Counted from the first letter of the stretch, positions 8,734 through 18,517 are shown. The stretch is 64,000 nt of DNA from an uncultured Gammaproteobacteria bacterium (GCA_964538435.1 CAZIDX010000001.1:393-64392); one strand, 5' to 3'. Translations and numbers: made by a program. The notes: a model not told the origin generated them from the sequence alone.

Positions 8734-9177
8734 ATGGATATCCAAACACTTTTTAAACTCGAGATCGGTGAAACCGTTCGAGTCTCCAACGAGCCACTCA
8801 CGCTCATTGGACGATCTACAATCACATTTGATGGCGGTGACGAGCTTGTCTGGCTCTTTGATGAAGACGAGCGCATTCTCTCAGTCGCACCAGAGGAAGA
8901 AGAGCTTTTCTTGTTTGAAAAACTTGATGAAGAAATCGAGCCAGACGAAGAGGGGATTCTTTACCAAGGAAAAGAGTACGAATTCCACTACAAAGACACA
9001 GGTGTGGTGACAGAGGTAGAGGGCGACGTCATAACCGAGCCAGACGACACCTACTTGTACATGGACTACGAAGCAAAGGATGGGGGTGTGCTGCGCATTG
9101 TCAGCAACGAGAATACAGGTGAAGCAGGTGCCTATGTTGGCCGCACGGTTTCAGAAGATGATCTAAACGAGCTGTAG
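8734..9177 (+). CDS. Small acidic cytoplasmic protein, possibly DUF4178-like
   Basis: RBS AGGAGGAG; 147 aa; family assignment is from memory only. Confidence 0.45.
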   Translation: MDIQTLFKLEIGETVRVSNEPLTLIGRSTITFDGGDELVWLFDEDERILSVAPEEEELFLFEKLDEEIEPDEEGILYQGKEYEFHYKDTGVVTEVEGDVITEPDDTYLYMDYEAKDGGVLRIVSNENTGEAGAYVGRTVSEDDLNEL

Positions 9178-9202
9178 GTTTCAGACAAACGAAAATCTTG
9201 CT

Positions 9203-9236
9203 AAAATAGAGATGGCAAAATGCCGTCTCTATTTTG
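9203..9236 (+). terminator. Rho-independent terminator (13-bp stem AAATAGAGATGGC/GCCGTCTCTATTT + T-run)
   Basis: Near-perfect hairpin followed by TTTTG; the ORF-track start at 9212 lies inside this hairpin. Confidence 0.7.
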
Positions 9237-9244
9237 ATATTCTC

Positions 9245-10450
9245 ATGAAAAAAGCGATCTCATTCATCGTTCTGGGTGTGGTGGTTGTGCTTTCTGTCAC
9301 AGCAGCCACATATATCGTGCTCATGCAGCTGGATCCTGATCTTGAAGTACGTAAAATGATGATAGCAATGGCCAGCCTCGAGACAGTGAGGCAAGACTCA
9401 GGCTTTAGCTGGACGCGCGGAGAAGGCAGTGAGCGCATAAACACAACACTCTACACAACAGGCCAGATAAGCATTGATGATGAGGCTAATCTCCAGCACG
9501 CAACACAGTTTCGGGTTGTGCACATGGGGGCGGATAATTCGTACTCAGACCTCTCAGGCGAATTCCGAATGCTAGAGGATGCAAGCTACCTCACATACAC
9601 ACCTCCAGGCCCAAGCGTAGACGGCGTGTCGTTTGATCAAGAGCAAACCTGGATTGCATTCGCTCAAGATGAGCTGCTCTCCTGGGGGGCTGTGCTACCG
9701 GGTCTTGAGCTTCCAATCGCTTTGAGTGAACAGAAAATATCCTGGACCCCAGACGTATTCGCGCGCCTCCGTTACCTGCTTTCCTCAACAGATGTTTTCA
9801 TCGCCCAAGCAAGTGGACTCACACAGATCGTAGGGAATGCAAACACAAGAATAATTGATGCAACGTTTGACCCAGATGTTGTAGAAGCCTTCCTGCGTGA
9901 CATTGTGCGCGCAAAGCAAGGGCGAGACCCAACAGAAGACGAACGAGAGCTTGTGGCCAAGCAGGCCGAGCAGATTAAGCGATTAACATTCAGGTTCTGG
10001 ATCGGCACACAGGATCATTATCTTTATAAACTACAAGCCGCTGGCGCCTTCTCAGATCCAGAAACAAATGACCTAATCCCAGTTGACATCAAGGTAGAGT
10101 TTGAGGACTTCAACGAACCATTCGACATTGACGAGCCCAATGACCCACTCCTTTTTGAGCAAGTACTCAGGTCAGTGTTTGCTGACCTGCCAGATTCAGA
10201 AGCGCTCACACTGGGAGGGGTAAACAAGGTGCTAGTAACAGATGAAACAGCAAGGCTGCCAGTAGAGGAGGTGGAGGAATCAACCGACCAAGATGAGGAT
10301 GGGCTTAGCAATGTTCTTGAGGCGTTCTACGGCACCAATCCAAACGACCCTGACACAGATGGTGATGGGGTAACAGACGGCGACGAGGTGCGCAAAGGGC
10401 ATAATCCACGAGGAACCGGGTCATTATTCGGATTCGGGCTAGAGAGATAG
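9245..10450 (+). CDS. Membrane-anchored secreted protein with C-terminal acidic Ca-binding-like repeats (DxDxDGxxDxDE)
   Basis: N-terminal TM segment (ISFIVLGVVVVLSV); C-terminus has TDQDEDGLSN...NPNDPDTDGDGVTDGDE, resembling thrombospondin-type-3-like motifs. Start moved to ATG 9245, downstream of the terminator. Confidence 0.5.
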   Translation: MKKAISFIVLGVVVVLSVTAATYIVLMQLDPDLEVRKMMIAMASLETVRQDSGFSWTRGEGSERINTTLYTTGQISIDDEANLQHATQFRVVHMGADNSYSDLSGEFRMLEDASYLTYTPPGPSVDGVSFDQEQTWIAFAQDELLSWGAVLPGLELPIALSEQKISWTPDVFARLRYLLSSTDVFIAQASGLTQIVGNANTRIIDATFDPDVVEAFLRDIVRAKQGRDPTEDERELVAKQAEQIKRLTFRFWIGTQDHYLYKLQAAGAFSDPETNDLIPVDIKVEFEDFNEPFDIDEPNDPLLFEQVLRSVFADLPDSEALTLGGVNKVLVTDETARLPVEEVEESTDQDEDGLSNVLEAFYGTNPNDPDTDGDGVTDGDEVRKGHNPRGTGSLFGFGLER

Positions 10451-10451
10451 A

Positions 10452-12230
10452 ATGACAGCAAAAAAACGAAAACGAGCTTGGCGCCCATCGCGCAAATCAA
10501 ATCCAGACACCCGTCTGGAAGTTTTGCGCATTGGAGCGATCTTATTTGTTTCGGTGATTGTTCTCAAGCTGTTTATCCTCCAGGTGGTCCAGCATGATTT
10601 TTATGATGCGCTTGCAAGTGGGCAGCACGAACTCTTTGAGGAGCTGATTCCAGTCAGAGGTACAGTGTACGTGCATGATTACAAGGATGAAACATTGGTT
10701 CCCGTTGCAACCAATCAAAAACTAGCATTCATCTACGCAGACCCTCGGCTCGTGGAAGATCCAGACGGAACCGCAGAAGACTTGGGGGATATCTTTGATT
10801 GGGATGAAGAAAAAATTGAAGCGCTCGAAGCCAGACTTGAGCAAGAAGACGATCCATACGAGCCAGTCATGAGAAAAGTCGAAGAGGACATGCTTGACGA
10901 GGTGCTTGCGCTTGAGTTGCCAGGCATTTTCTATGTCAGAGAAGCTTCCAGGCTCTATCCAGAGGCTGAGATGAGCGGGCATGTGCTCGGGTTTGTAGGC
11001 TCAAACGAAGACGGTTCGCTCTCTGGAAAATACGGCATCGAAGGATATTTTAACGAGGAGCTCTCAGGTGAAGCAGGATATCTTCTCTCAGAACGAGACA
11101 TTGCAGGTAGGCTCATTGCTGTGGCAGATCGTGTGTATGAGCCAGCGCAAGATGGTGTTGATATCGTGCTAACACTCGATAGGACCGTGCAGTACAAGGC
11201 TTGCTCGCTCTTAAACGAGGCCGTGGAGAAGCATGGTGCTGATGGTGGAAGCGTGGTGATCATCGAGCCGTCAACGGGGCACATTCTTGGGATGTGTGGA
11301 GCTCCAGACTATGATCCAAACGCATACGGCCAAGTGGACAGCATTGATCAGTTTAACAACCCAGCCATTTTTAACGCCTACGAACCAGGTTCGATTTTCA
11401 AGCCTCTCACCATGGGGGCAGCACTTGATGTTGAGGCTGTAACTCCAACAACGCTGTACACAGATCTTGGATATGAAATGGTTGATGGTTGGGATTATCC
11501 AATTAGAAACGCAGAAGACAAGGTGTATGGCGAGGTGAATATGACTCAGGTTCTAGAAGACTCCGTTAACACAGGAATGATTTTTTCCATGCGCGAAACC
11601 GGCATGGATACCTTTGTGGAGTACGTAAAGACGTTTGGTTTTGGGGAGTCTACAGGCATCGAACTTGATACAGAGGCAATTGGAACCATCAGTTCTCTCG
11701 ACATTGGCGCAGAGATCTACGCCGCAACCGCAAGTTACGGACAGGGGATCACAGTCACACCACTCCAGATCGCCATGGCCTACGCAGCAATCGCAAATGG
11801 AGGCGTGCTCAAAAAACCGCTTATTGTTGATGAGGTGCACAATCCAGACGGAACCGTAGAAAAACGAACATCTCAAGACCTGGCGCAAGTCATTCAATCA
11901 TCAACCTCTCGCACGCTCGCTGCCATGCTTGTGTCTGTGATTGAACATGGTCATGGTTCTCGTGCTGGTGTTGAGGGGTATTACATTGCAGGAAAGACAG
12001 GAACCGCCCAGGTGGCTCGATCAGACGCGGTCGGTTACGACGAGGACAACACCATTGGTTCTTTTGCTGGCTTTGGGCCAGTTGAAGACCCTCGTTTTGC
12101 AATGGTGGTTCGTATTGATAATCCAAAAGACGTAGTCTGGGCAGAATCCACGGCCGCCCCGCTCTTTGGGGAGATTGCAGAGTTTCTGCTACAGTACTTT
12201 GAGATCCCTCCAGTTCGCACACTAGAATAA
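10452..12230 (+). CDS. ftsI: Penicillin-binding protein 2 / FtsI-type peptidoglycan transpeptidase
   Basis: N-terminal TM and dimerisation region; active-site motifs SIFKP (SxxK), SVNT (SxN), KTGTA (KTG). Confidence 0.85.
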   Translation: MTAKKRKRAWRPSRKSNPDTRLEVLRIGAILFVSVIVLKLFILQVVQHDFYDALASGQHELFEELIPVRGTVYVHDYKDETLVPVATNQKLAFIYADPRLVEDPDGTAEDLGDIFDWDEEKIEALEARLEQEDDPYEPVMRKVEEDMLDEVLALELPGIFYVREASRLYPEAEMSGHVLGFVGSNEDGSLSGKYGIEGYFNEELSGEAGYLLSERDIAGRLIAVADRVYEPAQDGVDIVLTLDRTVQYKACSLLNEAVEKHGADGGSVVIIEPSTGHILGMCGAPDYDPNAYGQVDSIDQFNNPAIFNAYEPGSIFKPLTMGAALDVEAVTPTTLYTDLGYEMVDGWDYPIRNAEDKVYGEVNMTQVLEDSVNTGMIFSMRETGMDTFVEYVKTFGFGESTGIELDTEAIGTISSLDIGAEIYAATASYGQGITVTPLQIAMAYAAIANGGVLKKPLIVDEVHNPDGTVEKRTSQDLAQVIQSSTSRTLAAMLVSVIEHGHGSRAGVEGYYIAGKTGTAQVARSDAVGYDEDNTIGSFAGFGPVEDPRFAMVVRIDNPKDVVWAESTAAPLFGEIAEFLLQYFEIPPVRTLE

Positions 12231-12240
12231 AACCGCTCAC

Positions 12241-12290
12241 CACGTCATCCTGAGCGCCTGCCTGCCGGTAGGCAGGAAGCGAAGGATCCC
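12241..12290. repeat. Solo copy of the GIY-YIG element terminal repeat (CACGTCATCCTGA-hairpin-GAAGGATCCC) in the murF leader
   Basis: Matches the left ends of the elements at 41448 and 45948, including a covarying internal hairpin (CCTGCC..GGCAGG vs CCCGCC..GGCGG). Confidence 0.55.
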
Positions 12291-12333
12291 ACTCTCAGCA
12301 AGAAACAAGTCAACGAGCAGTATCTAAACTCAC

Positions 12334-13629
12334 ATGAATATGAAAGCGTTTATCCAGGCACAACTTAAGAAAAAGGCACAAAAACTCATTGCAAAGCACA
12401 AGCCGATGGTGATTGGAGTGACAGGTTCTGTTGGAAAGACGTCTGCGCGTAATGTGATCGCTCAGGTTCTGGGAGAAAAGTATCGCGTGCGCACAACCAT
12501 TGACAACTACAACAACGAACTCGGTTTGCCGCTGACGATTCTTGGTGAGAAATCACCTGGACGCTCAGTGCTGGGTTGGCTCAGGGTGCTCACAAAAAAG
12601 ATTGAAGACGTGCCAGAAGTGTTTGTGCTCGAATACGCTGTAGATCATCCAGGCGATATGGCTTACCTGTGCGACATTGCTGAGCCTGACATTGCAGTAT
12701 TCACACGCATCTCTCCAGTGCACGCTGAGAACTTCAGGTCAGTGGAAGAGCTCATCGAAGAGAAAGCTGTCTTGCTCGAGCGAACAAAAGAGGGTGGAAT
12801 GGTTGTGCTCAACGCAGATGATCCACGCGTCCTTGGCGCAAGCAATCACGCAAACGCACCTGCGATTACGTATGGGTTTGCTCAGAACGCAGACGTACGC
12901 GCAACTGATTATGAGCTTGCCACGCGAGAAGACTTCTCTTTTGAGCCTGGCGAGACACTCTCCGAGGTTCGCTTCACCGCCGTCACTGAAAAAACACAGC
13001 TCCCAGTTCGCCTCATCAACCTACTCGGCAGGACCGCCGCCCACGCTGTGCTCCCAGCCATTACTATCGGATGGCACCTAGGGCTAGATCCAGACGAGAT
13101 CACAAAGGGGCTTGCAAAGTCAGAGCTCGAGCCTGGGCGCATGAACCCTGTTCCAGGAATCAAAGGATCACTCATCATTGACTCAAGCTACAATGCAGCA
13201 CCTGCTTCCATGGAGGCTGGGCTCAATGTCCTGCATGAGTTCAAGCCAGTGGAGATAGCAAGACGAATCGCTGTGCTTGGTGTGATGGGGGAGCTTGGTG
13301 CAGACTCAGAGCAAGAGCATAGAATGATCGGGCTCAAGTGCGCAGAGGTTGGTGTCGATGTGCTCGTGACTGTTGGAGAAAAAGCAAGAGACATCCGCTA
13401 CGGCGCCATCGAGGCAGGAATCCCAGAAGACAAATGCGAACACTTTGAACACGCAGTAGAAGCCGGTCGTTGGATGGATGCGCACATCAAAAAGGGTGAC
13501 ATCGTGCTAGTGAAAGGATCACAATCGTCTCGCATGGAAAAGGTGGTAAAAGACATCATGGCTGAGCCACTCAGAGCAAAGGAGCTCCTGGTCAGGCAAT
13601 ATGGGAAGTGGGTGGAGGATGAGGAGTAA
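12334..13629 (+). CDS. murF: UDP-N-acetylmuramoyl-tripeptide--D-alanyl-D-alanine ligase (Mur ligase family; MurF more likely than MurE)
   Basis: Mur ligase P-loop IGVTGSVGKTS; DSSYNAAPASMEAGL motif; position downstream of ftsI. Confidence 0.7.
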   Translation: MNMKAFIQAQLKKKAQKLIAKHKPMVIGVTGSVGKTSARNVIAQVLGEKYRVRTTIDNYNNELGLPLTILGEKSPGRSVLGWLRVLTKKIEDVPEVFVLEYAVDHPGDMAYLCDIAEPDIAVFTRISPVHAENFRSVEELIEEKAVLLERTKEGGMVVLNADDPRVLGASNHANAPAITYGFAQNADVRATDYELATREDFSFEPGETLSEVRFTAVTEKTQLPVRLINLLGRTAAHAVLPAITIGWHLGLDPDEITKGLAKSELEPGRMNPVPGIKGSLIIDSSYNAAPASMEAGLNVLHEFKPVEIARRIAVLGVMGELGADSEQEHRMIGLKCAEVGVDVLVTVGEKARDIRYGAIEAGIPEDKCEHFEHAVEAGRWMDAHIKKGDIVLVKGSQSSRMEKVVKDIMAEPLRAKELLVRQYGKWVEDEE

Positions 13630-13816
13630 CGTTCAAATAGAAGGATTAAAAAGAGTAGTAGGAGTATGAGGATTCGTATTTGCGATTCCTTCTAACCCTA
13701 CTACTCTTTCTATTTGCGAGTTACTCCTTCTAACCCTTCCTATTGACAAAACCCAAAAATCGTGTACGGTCCATCAGTTCAACCGAACAAAACTTTCCTC
13801 GCAGATTCGCTGCGAG

Positions 13817-14683
13817 ATGAATTCCTGTGTGGATGCACAGGTGGTCCCCGCCATCGGCGGGGGGAACGTGAGTGGCAGCACAAATCCTGTCACAGAAAGG
13901 ATCGGATGGATGTCCGACCGTATTCGCCTCAGAGGTCCTTCGCAGAAGTTCAAACCCACAGACGGTCCCAGCAAGATGGACCTGCTCCTCGGAATCGCGG
14001 AGCCGTACGTACACGGTCAGCTCCGGGTCGTGAGTGTCAAGCTCGAGGGCATCGTCGACGAGCTGAACAAGCGATCGCGCAAAGAGCGGTTCGTCGGCTG
14101 TGTAGTGTCCTATGCACCGCTCCGCCTCAAGGACGGCAGCTTCGACCCCGACTACTGCACATTCGTGCTACAGCGAATGGTGGGTACCGGAAGAGCTGGG
14201 GATCCCGAATACCTGATCGTTCGAAGTTACGACACAAACCACCGCCGGGGATTCGAGGCAGTTCTCAGGTTCAAGCAGCCTGGCACCAGTGGTGAGTACG
14301 CACGTCGTCGTTGGGGATATCACCCTCGCATCACCAAGGTGAGCGTGGACTCAGGGCTGAGTCCGTGGAACATCATGAACTGCCTGGGTAACCCACCCGT
14401 CTTGGAAGACAGGCTTCTCGAGTTGTACCTCTCGGCAATCGGGCTCTTCGGAAAGATCGGTCTTTTCGATCCGATCACGGGCACAAGTGTCAATACCGAG
14501 GAGTTCGTGCAGGGGGCAATCGTTCGTTGCGACCTCCATCGTATCGATCGAACCATGCGCATCCGCTACGAGTTCATCGAGTCCCATACCGGAATCGCCT
14601 TCCATGGCGAGTATAACACCAGGACCGGTGAGGCCTGGCTGCGACTCGGCCACGGCTGGGACCCGAAGGATCCCTACTGCTAG
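13817..14683 (+). CDS. Hypothetical protein (start codon uncertain)
   Basis: Long ORF with a coherent composition; no recognisable motifs. Alternative starts at 13910 or 13975. Confidence 0.4.
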   Translation: MNSCVDAQVVPAIGGGNVSGSTNPVTERIGWMSDRIRLRGPSQKFKPTDGPSKMDLLLGIAEPYVHGQLRVVSVKLEGIVDELNKRSRKERFVGCVVSYAPLRLKDGSFDPDYCTFVLQRMVGTGRAGDPEYLIVRSYDTNHRRGFEAVLRFKQPGTSGEYARRRWGYHPRITKVSVDSGLSPWNIMNCLGNPPVLEDRLLELYLSAIGLFGKIGLFDPITGTSVNTEEFVQGAIVRCDLHRIDRTMRIRYEFIESHTGIAFHGEYNTRTGEAWLRLGHGWDPKDPYC

Positions 14684-14684
14684 A

Positions 14685-14750
14685 CCAACGTCTGACTTCC
14701 AACGTCTGACTTCCAAAGTCTGACTTCCAACGTCTGACTTCCAACGTCAG
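14685..14750. repeat. Tandem repeat, 14-bp unit CCAACGTCTGACTT x about 4.7, immediately after a stop codon
   Basis: Units at 14685, 14699, 14713 (one variant base) and 14727, with a partial fifth. Nested GC-rich hairpins and a T-run follow to about 14815. Confidence 0.8.
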
Positions 14751-14985
14751 GCGTCCCCACGAGCCCCGCTCGTGAGACGAAACACTCCGTTTCGCTCGCG
14801 TGCGGGGTGTTTTGTTCAAGCTCAACATCTCAAGCTCAACATCGAACGTCCATAAAAGAAGTCAACCTAGTCATGTTATGTACATCGAACGTCCATTTGT
14901 TGATTTTGAGAAAAAACATTGACAAAACGTTTCAAATAAAGAAAACTTACGTTCTTGCAACCACAGCAAGAGAAAAGGTGGGATT

Positions 14986-15183
14986 GTGACGCACCGATAC
15001 AAGTTCGGATGGAGTCTTTTCGTGGTCTGTACCATTGGTCTGATCAACATGCTGCACTACGGGATCGATGGGAGGTTGTCGGTGTTGCTCGGCCTGCTCG
15101 CAGGGATCGCCTGCTACGCACTCCTGAGCGCCTACCAAGGTCTCACGCGAGGGTCTCAGAACACAACGGGTGCTCAGCAGTGA
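14986..15183 (+). CDS. Small hydrophobic membrane protein (GTG start)
   Basis: RBS AAGGTGG; about 65 aa with two predicted TM helices. Confidence 0.4.
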   Translation: MTHRYKFGWSLFVVCTIGLINMLHYGIDGRLSVLLGLLAGIACYALLSAYQGLTRGSQNTTGAQQ

Positions 15184-15389
15184 CCAGCGAGCACAGGCGA
15201 TGGTTCTGCATCATGATCTTCGTTGCCAACACGATCGTCTACGGGATCATGCTCCTATGCATCGGAGAGCTGAAGTACCTGTGGGTTGCCCCAATCGGTG
15301 GCTTCCTGGCAGCAGTGATCACGCATGCCAGCCTCGATGTGATCACGGTCCAAGAGACAAAACAAAACACCCAACATCGCAAGGTGTGA
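15180..15389 (+). CDS. Small hydrophobic membrane protein, paralog of the preceding gene (GTG start overlapping its stop)
   Basis: About 69 aa; similar VT..HR N-terminus and TM pattern to the upstream paralog. Confidence 0.4.
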   Translation: MTSEHRRWFCIMIFVANTIVYGIMLLCIGELKYLWVAPIGGFLAAVITHASLDVITVQETKQNTQHRKV

Positions 15390-15543
15390 GGGGGTACACA
15401 CGAGTCGTTCGTCACACGAGACGAACGGCCATGCCCGCCATAGCTCGAACAGCGACGGCGGGTTTCTGTTTGCTCACCAATCTTGACAAAAAAAGGATTT
15501 TCCACTAATATTCTGAGCCAACAGCTTGCAAAAGGAGAACGCG

Positions 15544-16140
15544 ATGGAACTACTGCTGGCTGGAATCGCAGGGGGCATCATGATCGCGGTGCTCCTGATC
15601 TACATCCGCAACATCCTCTACGCTGACATCGGCATGAACCTGTCGACCTGGCTGATCGCCACGGTTGGCCTGCTCGTGCAGAACGTCACGTACTACTCGA
15701 CTGTGGACGGCGAGCTGCATCTGCTCGTAGTGCCAACCATCATCTCTGTCGGCCTTATCGTGAACACGACACTGGGCTGGCGCAAGAGTACGTTCGGCAA
15801 GATCAAGTCGTTCGACATCTTCGCCATGGCAGTGACAGCATTCTGCCTGGTCGCCTGGGTGTGGCTCGGTGGGGTCGTGGTCAATGTGATCCTGCAGGTC
15901 GCACTGCTGATGTCCTTCGTCCCAACGATTCGTGACCTGCGCGCCAAGAAGTTCGAGGACGACCCCTTCCCATGGGGGCTCGCAGCTGTCAGCTTCATCT
16001 TCCAGGTCATGGCTGTCTCGATCTCGGTCGAGGTGCTCGCAGAAGACTGGCCCAGGCTCATCAACCCAATCCTAGTCGGCTTCCCCGGCAATGCGCTCGT
16101 CTGCTGGGCCGCGTTCACTGGAAAGAGGAAGCAGGCCTAG
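15544..16140 (+). CDS. Integral membrane protein, about 6 TM, unknown function
   Basis: RBS AAAGGAGAA before ATG 15544; hydrophobic throughout. Confidence 0.55.
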   Translation: MELLLAGIAGGIMIAVLLIYIRNILYADIGMNLSTWLIATVGLLVQNVTYYSTVDGELHLLVVPTIISVGLIVNTTLGWRKSTFGKIKSFDIFAMAVTAFCLVAWVWLGGVVVNVILQVALLMSFVPTIRDLRAKKFEDDPFPWGLAAVSFIFQVMAVSISVEVLAEDWPRLINPILVGFPGNALVCWAAFTGKRKQA

Positions 16141-16225
16141 TACACAGCAACTCCGCAAACGGCGGAGTTTTTCAATTCAAAAACCACCGACTAAAGCCGA
16201 TGATTTGTTTACTGATCAATAACAG

Positions 16226-16996
16226 CTAAAGCTCGCTTTCCATTTTCAGAAGGTAGTTTGTGGCACTGTCACCGCCATCAGCTGTGATGGTTGTGCCGTT
16301 TACAAAAGCAGATTTGTCAGACAAAAGGAAGCTAACAATATTGGCGATGTCTTTATAGTCACCGAGTCTACCCAGTGGGTTAAACGACTTTGCTTCGTCT
16401 AGTAATTCTTGTGGCGACTGCATCCCATCTCCGATCCAACCAGGAGCAATATTGTTTGTTCTGATGCCTTTTGACGAAAGAATATTCGCCATACTCATAG
16501 AAAGGTTTGTGAGAGCAGCTTTGCTCGCAGAGTAGGCAAGTCCTGAGATGGCGCCTGTAAAGGCGTCTGTGCTGGTAATGTTTACAATCGATCCACCTTT
16601 TTGAATGTTACCTTTCAGACCATCAATAAGGAGTAGGGGCGCATGCAGATTCACCTCAAACGTTTTCTCCCAGTCAGACATTTCAAATGCATCGAAGTCG
16701 ATGTCAACAAACACACCCGCGCAGTTCACAATTCCGTGAAGCTCAACGTTGTGTAAATCTGAAATGAGACGAAGTGTATTCTCGCGATCTGAAAAGTTGC
16801 ATTGATAGATCTCAAGATTCTCTAGTTCCTTTTTCATCTGCAAGGCTTCATTTTCGTTTGTGTTGTAAACACCATGCACGAAGTAGCCTTCTTTGATAAG
16901 AGTTTCAGCAGCAGCTTTTCCTATCCCTCTTGAGATGCCTGTGACAAGTATGTTTTTCATATGAGAACATGTTAACACAGCTGATGAAATTCGCAC
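16226..16996 (-). CDS. Short-chain dehydrogenase/reductase (SDR) family oxidoreductase
   Basis: TGISRGIGKAAA cofactor motif; YSASKAAL catalytic YxxxK. Confidence 0.8.
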   Translation of the reverse strand: MRISSAVLTCSHMKNILVTGISRGIGKAAAETLIKEGYFVHGVYNTNENEALQMKKELENLEIYQCNFSDRENTLRLISDLHNVELHGIVNCAGVFVDIDFDAFEMSDWEKTFEVNLHAPLLLIDGLKGNIQKGGSIVNITSTDAFTGAISGLAYSASKAALTNLSMSMANILSSKGIRTNNIAPGWIGDGMQSPQELLDEAKSFNPLGRLGDYKDIANIVSFLLSDKSAFVNGTTITADGGDSATNYLLKMESEL

Positions 16997-17526
16997 GTTT
17001 TTACAACCTCACAAATCTCCCCAACCTCTGCCATTGCACCCATCCCAACATCACCACAAGCAAGACTCTTTTCAATTGGATTGATAGTCTGGAGCCTGTG
17101 CCACTGCCCAAGCTTCTCTAGATGCTCTGCGGTTGCAGGGTGCTCCCACATGTTTGTGTTCATTGCTGGAGCAAGAAGCACGGGCTTCTCTCGGTTCCAT
17201 GCGCGCACAAGGCAGGTGAGCAGATTGTTGCACCGTCCGTGCGCAAGCTTTGCAAGCGTATCCGCACTCAGTGGAGCAATCACAAGCACATCCGCCCACT
17301 TCCCAAGCTCGATATGAGGAATCTCCTGACCTCGCTCATAGCTCTCACCCCACTCGTCTTTATCACGCAAGACAGGCACCTCAACATCCTCGAGCTTAAA
17401 GAAATGTAAGGCCGACTCTGTCGCTGTGACCTTTACTTCACCAATCTCGCTTAATTGCCTCACAAGCTCAGGAGTCTTAATTGCAGCAACCGACCCTGTG
17501 ACTCCGAGCAGTATCTTTGGTTTCAT
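16972..17526 (-). CDS. coaC: Flavoprotein of the phosphopantothenoylcysteine decarboxylase (CoaC/HFCD) family
   Basis: LLGVTGSVAAIK flavin-binding N-terminus; PAMNTNMWEHPAT motif. Confidence 0.65.
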   Translation of the reverse strand: MKPKILLGVTGSVAAIKTPELVRQLSEIGEVKVTATESALHFFKLEDVEVPVLRDKDEWGESYERGQEIPHIELGKWADVLVIAPLSADTLAKLAHGRCNNLLTCLVRAWNREKPVLLAPAMNTNMWEHPATAEHLEKLGQWHRLQTINPIEKSLACGDVGMGAMAEVGEICEVVKTCEFHQLC

Positions 17527-17611
17527 ATACTTAGACTCTACAAATAAGAAAACCGCTTGGCAATACCAAACGGTATTCTATTTGAAAAACCCCGCCTAGT
17601 GGGTCGGGGTC

Positions 17612-17815
17612 TTAGTTGGCTTCCTTCTCCTGGGTTGCAGGAAAGAAGCTGTGCAGCGGCGCGCCAGAGATGCACTCAGCGCGGTCATTGCAGTAACGAA
17701 CGTTCTGGTCGACATCTACTCCGCAGAGTTTTGCCTTGCTCTTGTAGACCGAGATGAACGCATCCGGCCTTTCTTCGCCACAGATATGGCAGGTCCATGT
17801 GGTTCCGGGGAACAT
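17612..17815 (-). CDS. Small Cys-rich (zinc-ribbon-like) protein
   Basis: Strong RBS AAAGGAGGGGG; cysteines arranged CHIC...C...C...C. Confidence 0.5.
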   Translation of the reverse strand: MFPGTTWTCHICGEERPDAFISVYKSKAKLCGVDVDQNVRYCNDRAECISGAPLHSFFPATQEKEAN

Positions 17816-17817
17816 AT

Positions 17818-18093
17818 CTACCCCCTCCTTTCTTCTCTTGGTGAGCGGCTGCGTCTGGCGAGGTACAGACCGGCCAGGAGCTCACCCGCGATGTTGATAG
17901 CAAAGATGCACAGCATGAGCACGAGGAATCCCGCCAGAATCGATTTACCCGCTGGGTCGTGCGTGGTCACTGCATCAAGGTGCAGGACAAGCAATGTAAC
18001 CAGTATCAGAGCAACAGCACCGATCCGCTTGAGCAGCGAAGTGCTCTTGAGCTGAGCGATCAGTTCTTGCTTGAACGTGAGTGTAGATGTCAC
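17818..18093 (-). CDS. Small two-TM membrane protein (GTG start), immediately upstream of the Zn-ribbon gene
   Basis: RBS GAAGGGTGG 5 nt before GTG. Confidence 0.45.
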   Translation of the reverse strand: MTSTLTFKQELIAQLKSTSLLKRIGAVALILVTLLVLHLDAVTTHDPAGKSILAGFLVLMLCIFAINIAGELLAGLYLARRSRSPREERRG

Positions 18094-18440
18094 GCATCCA
18101 CCCTTCTGCTACTTGCATGTAACGAACAGAGTTAAGCAGTTTGCAGCCTGCTTGTCAAGATACCTGGAATCAGAAAAGACTCTCGAAAGAGAGGCTTGCG
18201 ATAACCCAACAACTGTTTCAAAACCCTCACCATAGTGAGAGTTTTGAGTCACATATTTCATTATTCTCAATATTTTTGTTTGGTGAGGTTTCATAACCCT
18301 CACCATTGACGTGATTTTGAAACTTCTTAAACGGTCAATATTGTTTTGAAAGGCTTGATTGAAAAAGTAGAGTATGATATATTTTTCCCGCCGTTTGATA
18401 CGGCCCCATTCCGCTAAGCGCGATAGGGGCCCAAACATGC

Positions 18441-18515
18441 GGCCCCATCGTCTAACGGTCAGGACGCCAGGTTCTCATCCTGGAAATCGGGGTTCGATTC
18501 CCCGTGGGGTCACCA
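18441..18515 (+). tRNA. tRNA-Glu (anticodon CUC), CCA encoded
   Basis: Cloverleaf can be drawn by hand: acceptor GGCCCCA/TGGGGTC, D-stem GTCT/GGAC, anticodon stem CCAGG/CCTGG with loop TTCTCAT, T-arm CGGGG-TTCGATT-CCCCG. Confidence 0.85.
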
Positions 18516-18517
18516 AT

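Noticed and set aside
18109-18438. ORF 18109-18438(-) and ORFs 18613-19149(+) and 19720-20379(+)
   Set aside because: The first lies in the AT-rich hairpin-rich region upstream of the tRNA, has a low-complexity translation and no RBS. The other two are antisense to recQ.
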